Origin: Actinomycetota bacterium
GTDB taxonomy: Bacteria > Actinomycetota > Actinomycetes > Nanopelagicales > Nanopelagicaceae
Assembly: GCA_037134955.1 (NCBI GenBank)
Contig: JBAXLF010000001.1
Span: forward strand, 10,099-74,098
DNA length: 64,000 bases
Direction: 5' to 3'
A program made the translations under genes and the position numbers. Every line of letters starts with the position of its first letter. Position 1 is the first letter of the stretch. Shown piece by piece: positions 61,575 through 64,000 of the stretch. The notes beneath the pieces are model-generated. The model was not told the DNA's origin. It searched no databases and was given only the letters and a program-made list of their open reading frames with translations.

Positions 61575-62134
61575 TAGTTGGCGCGACCCTGATAAGAACC
61601 ATCGCGTGTATCAACCAAAACAACTTCATCCTGCTTGATGAAGAGTGGTACTTGAATCTGGATACCAGTCTCTACAGTTGCCGGCTTAGTGCCTCCCGAT
61701 GAACGGTCGCCCTGTAAGCCAGGTTCGGTATAGGTAATCTTGAGAGGAACTGAAGCAGGAAGTTCGATGTAGAGCGGATTTCCCTCGTGAATCGCAACAA
61801 TCGCCTCAGTATTTTCTAACATGTAATTTGCAGCGTCTCCGATAGTAGCCGCAGATATATTCATCTGGTCAAAGTTGACGTTATCCATGAAGACGAAATC
61901 TTCACCCTCTTTGTAGAGAAAGTTCATTTCGCGCTTTTCCAAAATGGCTACTTCAATCTTGATGCCAGCATTGAAGGTCTTATCGACGACTTTACCTGTC
62001 ATTACCTGCTTGAGCTTGGTACGGACGAAAGCTGGACCCTTACCTGGTTTCACATGTTGAAATTCAACAACTGTCCATAACTGACCTTCGATGTCGAGGG
62101 TCATGCCATTCTTAAGATCATTTGTTGTTGCCAC
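61574..62134 (-). CDS. efp: Elongation factor P
   Basis: [14 protein letters not shown] (actinobacterial PGKGP loop), [14 protein letters not shown]. Confidence 0.97.
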   Translation of the reverse strand: MATTNDLKNGMTLDIEGQLWTVVEFQHVKPGKGPAFVRTKLKQVMTGKVVDKTFNAGIKIEVAILEKREMNFLYKEGEDFVFMDNVNFDQMNISAATIGDAANYMLENTEAIVAIHEGNPLYIELPASVPLKITYTEPGLQGDRSSGGTKPATVETGIQIQVPLFIKQDEVVLVDTRDGSYQGRAN

Positions 62135-62198
62135 GATAACTCCAGTTCATGCCTTCGTTTCTCGAAGAACAGTAGACCGCAGAGTTTACCTTATGGAA

Positions 62199-62630
62199 TC
62201 AGGAGACCAGCGCCCTCAAGGCAATTAGTGCCAGCACGTAGGAATTGGGTCCAAATCCACCGATGGTTCCATTGGCGACTCCAGAGATGACAGAAGTGTG
62301 ACGAAATTCTTCGCGCGATAAAGGATTAGATAGATGCACTTCAATTAGCGGCGCCTTCACCATCTCTGCTGCATCACGAATCGCATATGAGTAGTGCGTG
62401 AAGGCGGCGGGATTGATGATGACGGGCGTATTCGTATCTGCTGCTTCATGGAGCCAGCCAATAATTTCTGCTTCATCATTACTTTGTCGAACATCTGCTA
62501 CAAAGCCATGGGTCTTGGCTGCAGACTCGATGTGCGCGACAAGGTTGGGATAGGTCATATCGCCATAGATTGAAGAATCGCGGATATCGAGACGACCCAA
62601 ATTGGGGCCATTGAGAACCAATACCTTCAT
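62199..62630 (-). CDS. aroQ: Type II 3-dehydroquinate dehydratase
   Basis: LNGPNL, QSNDE, INPAAFTHYS, EVHLSN, REEFRHTS. Confidence 0.96.
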   Translation of the reverse strand: MKVLVLNGPNLGRLDIRDSSIYGDMTYPNLVAHIESAAKTHGFVADVRQSNDEAEIIGWLHEAADTNTPVIINPAAFTHYSYAIRDAAEMVKAPLIEVHLSNPLSREEFRHTSVISGVANGTIGGFGPNSYVLALIALRALVS

Positions 62631-63682
62631 TGGGATACCTTCTCATATGCAGCGAGCAGCGCGCTCTCCGCTGGGTTTTCTAAACGTTGTGTCTTACCTA
62701 CTTCTGAAACTGCTACGAAACGAAGTGTGTTACCCCGGGATTTCTTATCTACCTTCATGGCGGCCAATAATTCTGGCCACTCTGCACCAGAAAAAGTGAC
62801 TGGCAATCCGAGTGCCGTAAGTAATTCGATATGTTGAACCGTTAACTCAGCGCTCATCACGCCAGATGCCTGAGCGAGATAAGCGATATAGGCCATTCCA
62901 ATCGAAACACACTCGCCGTGGCGGAGTGAATACTTCGATGCCAACTCGACGGCATGCCCAAAGGTGTGTCCATAATTAAGAATCTCGCGTGCGAAACTCT
63001 CTTTAAAGTCACCAGAGACCACATCTGCCTTGACCTGTACAGAACGTTCGATAAGTTCGATAGTGAGCTCGCGCGAAGCACGAACGTCAGTTAGCGACTT
63101 TCTATGGAGAGCTTCGAGAATCTTGGCATCGCTGATAAAGCCGCATTTAACTACTTCGGCTAACCCAGCGCGAAAATCACGATCCGGTAAAGTTGTAAGC
63201 CACTGGGGATCAATAATGACACTGGCAGGTGAGAAAAACGCGCCGATTAAATTCTTACCGTAATCACTATTGATTCCGGTCTTGCCTCCAATAGCTGCAT
63301 CAACCATTCCGGCGATTGTTGTCGGCACGGCTACCCAATCGATTCCTCGCAACCAGGTTGCCGCAACGAAGCCAGCGAAGTCCGTAACTGCGCCTCCCCC
63401 GATTGCAATGATGAGATCATCTCGAGTAAATCCGGCAGCCCCGAGCCAATCCCAACTCTTCTGCAGAATCTGAGCGCTCTTACCCGCCTCACCGTCGGGG
63501 ATCGGAAAGTAGAAGATTTCCGAGTCAACATCCCCTAGCTGAGGAATAGCTGCTTTCATCGACTCACTAAAGAAGATAGCTACTCTGCTTCTGGAAGCAC
63601 ACAGCGCGCTTATCGCTGGAAGATAAGGAGTGTCGATAAGAACGTCATACTCTCGATCAGCGCTGATGTGAATCGTTCTCAT
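62627..63682 (-). CDS. aroB: 3-dehydroquinate synthase
   Basis: GGGAVTDFAGF, DAAIGGKTGIN, LNYGHTFGHA, HGECV, DKK. Confidence 0.97.
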   Translation of the reverse strand: MRTIHISADREYDVLIDTPYLPAISALCASRSRVAIFFSESMKAAIPQLGDVDSEIFYFPIPDGEAGKSAQILQKSWDWLGAAGFTRDDLIIAIGGGAVTDFAGFVAATWLRGIDWVAVPTTIAGMVDAAIGGKTGINSDYGKNLIGAFFSPASVIIDPQWLTTLPDRDFRAGLAEVVKCGFISDAKILEALHRKSLTDVRASRELTIELIERSVQVKADVVSGDFKESFAREILNYGHTFGHAVELASKYSLRHGECVSIGMAYIAYLAQASGVMSAELTVQHIELLTALGLPVTFSGAEWPELLAAMKVDKKSRGNTLRFVAVSEVGKTQRLENPAESALLAAYEKVSQ

Positions 63683-64000
63683 TTAATCACCGCGCCAATT
63701 TCCTTGACGATATCGTCTTCTGATTTACCATTCACATCAATTACCTTATCGGCGATCGCCTCGTAAATCGGGCGACGCTCTTGCATGAGAGTCTCCCATT
63801 GACCGCGCGGATTGCTCAGTAATAAAGGTCTATCCCGATTGAAACCTATACGGGGTGCGACCGAGGCCAGAGATATATCAAAGTAGATAACCGGAGATGC
63901 AATCGCGCGAAGAGCGGATTGCGCATCGATTGAAATCGGAGCTCCACCCCCAAGGGCCAGAACTGTGTCATCGCTCAATAACTCTTGCCGTAGGACTGCC
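63679..64000 (-). CDS. aroK: Shikimate kinase (N-terminus outside the window)
   Basis: VLALGGGA, RDRPLL, ERRPIYEAIA; directly upstream of aroB. Confidence 0.9.
   Translation of the reverse strand, partial: AVLRQELLSDDTVLALGGGAPISIDAQSALRAIASPVIYFDISLASVAPRIGFNRDRPLLLSNPRGQWETLMQERRPIYEAIADKVIDVNGKSEDDIVKEIGAVIK

Overview
A 64-kb, roughly 50% GC, very gene-dense stretch of core chromosome from a genome-streamlined actinobacterium. Gene content and order (mshC, pafBC, mIHF, BldD-like regulator, garA-ftsR cluster, cmk-der fusion) and tiny intergenic gaps suggest a freshwater acI/Nanopelagicales-type genome, which is an inference and not a database result. The window spans the replication terminus: all genes up to 11305 are on + and most after it are on -. 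A 28-bp XerCD dif site at 11319-11346 lies inside the last codons of ppm1. Contents: scpB-rluB-aroH-tyrA-cmk/der, the gcvH-garA-ftsR-gcvP cluster, helY-tatCA-pafCB-trmI (no Pup-proteasome genes at their usual locus), metH, the mshC cluster, tRNA-Leu(GAG), a salvage/transport region (apt, tdk, NCS2 permease, ung), serB, hisGE, rpe-rsmB-fmt-def-priA-metK-coaBC-rpoZ, an in-frame mIHF-Gmk fusion, the pyr operon with a PyrR site, bldD-like, nusB-efp and aroQBK. I found no mobile element, prophage or CRISPR array. Best leads: the intragenic dif, the mIHF-guanylate kinase fusion, a structured RBS-sequestering leader on the purine permease, BldD with an intact c-di-GMP motif, overlapping divergent leaderless promoters, and an unexplained AT-rich repeat island at 1295-1560. 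All calls come from reading the sequence and recognising motifs; no searches were run.
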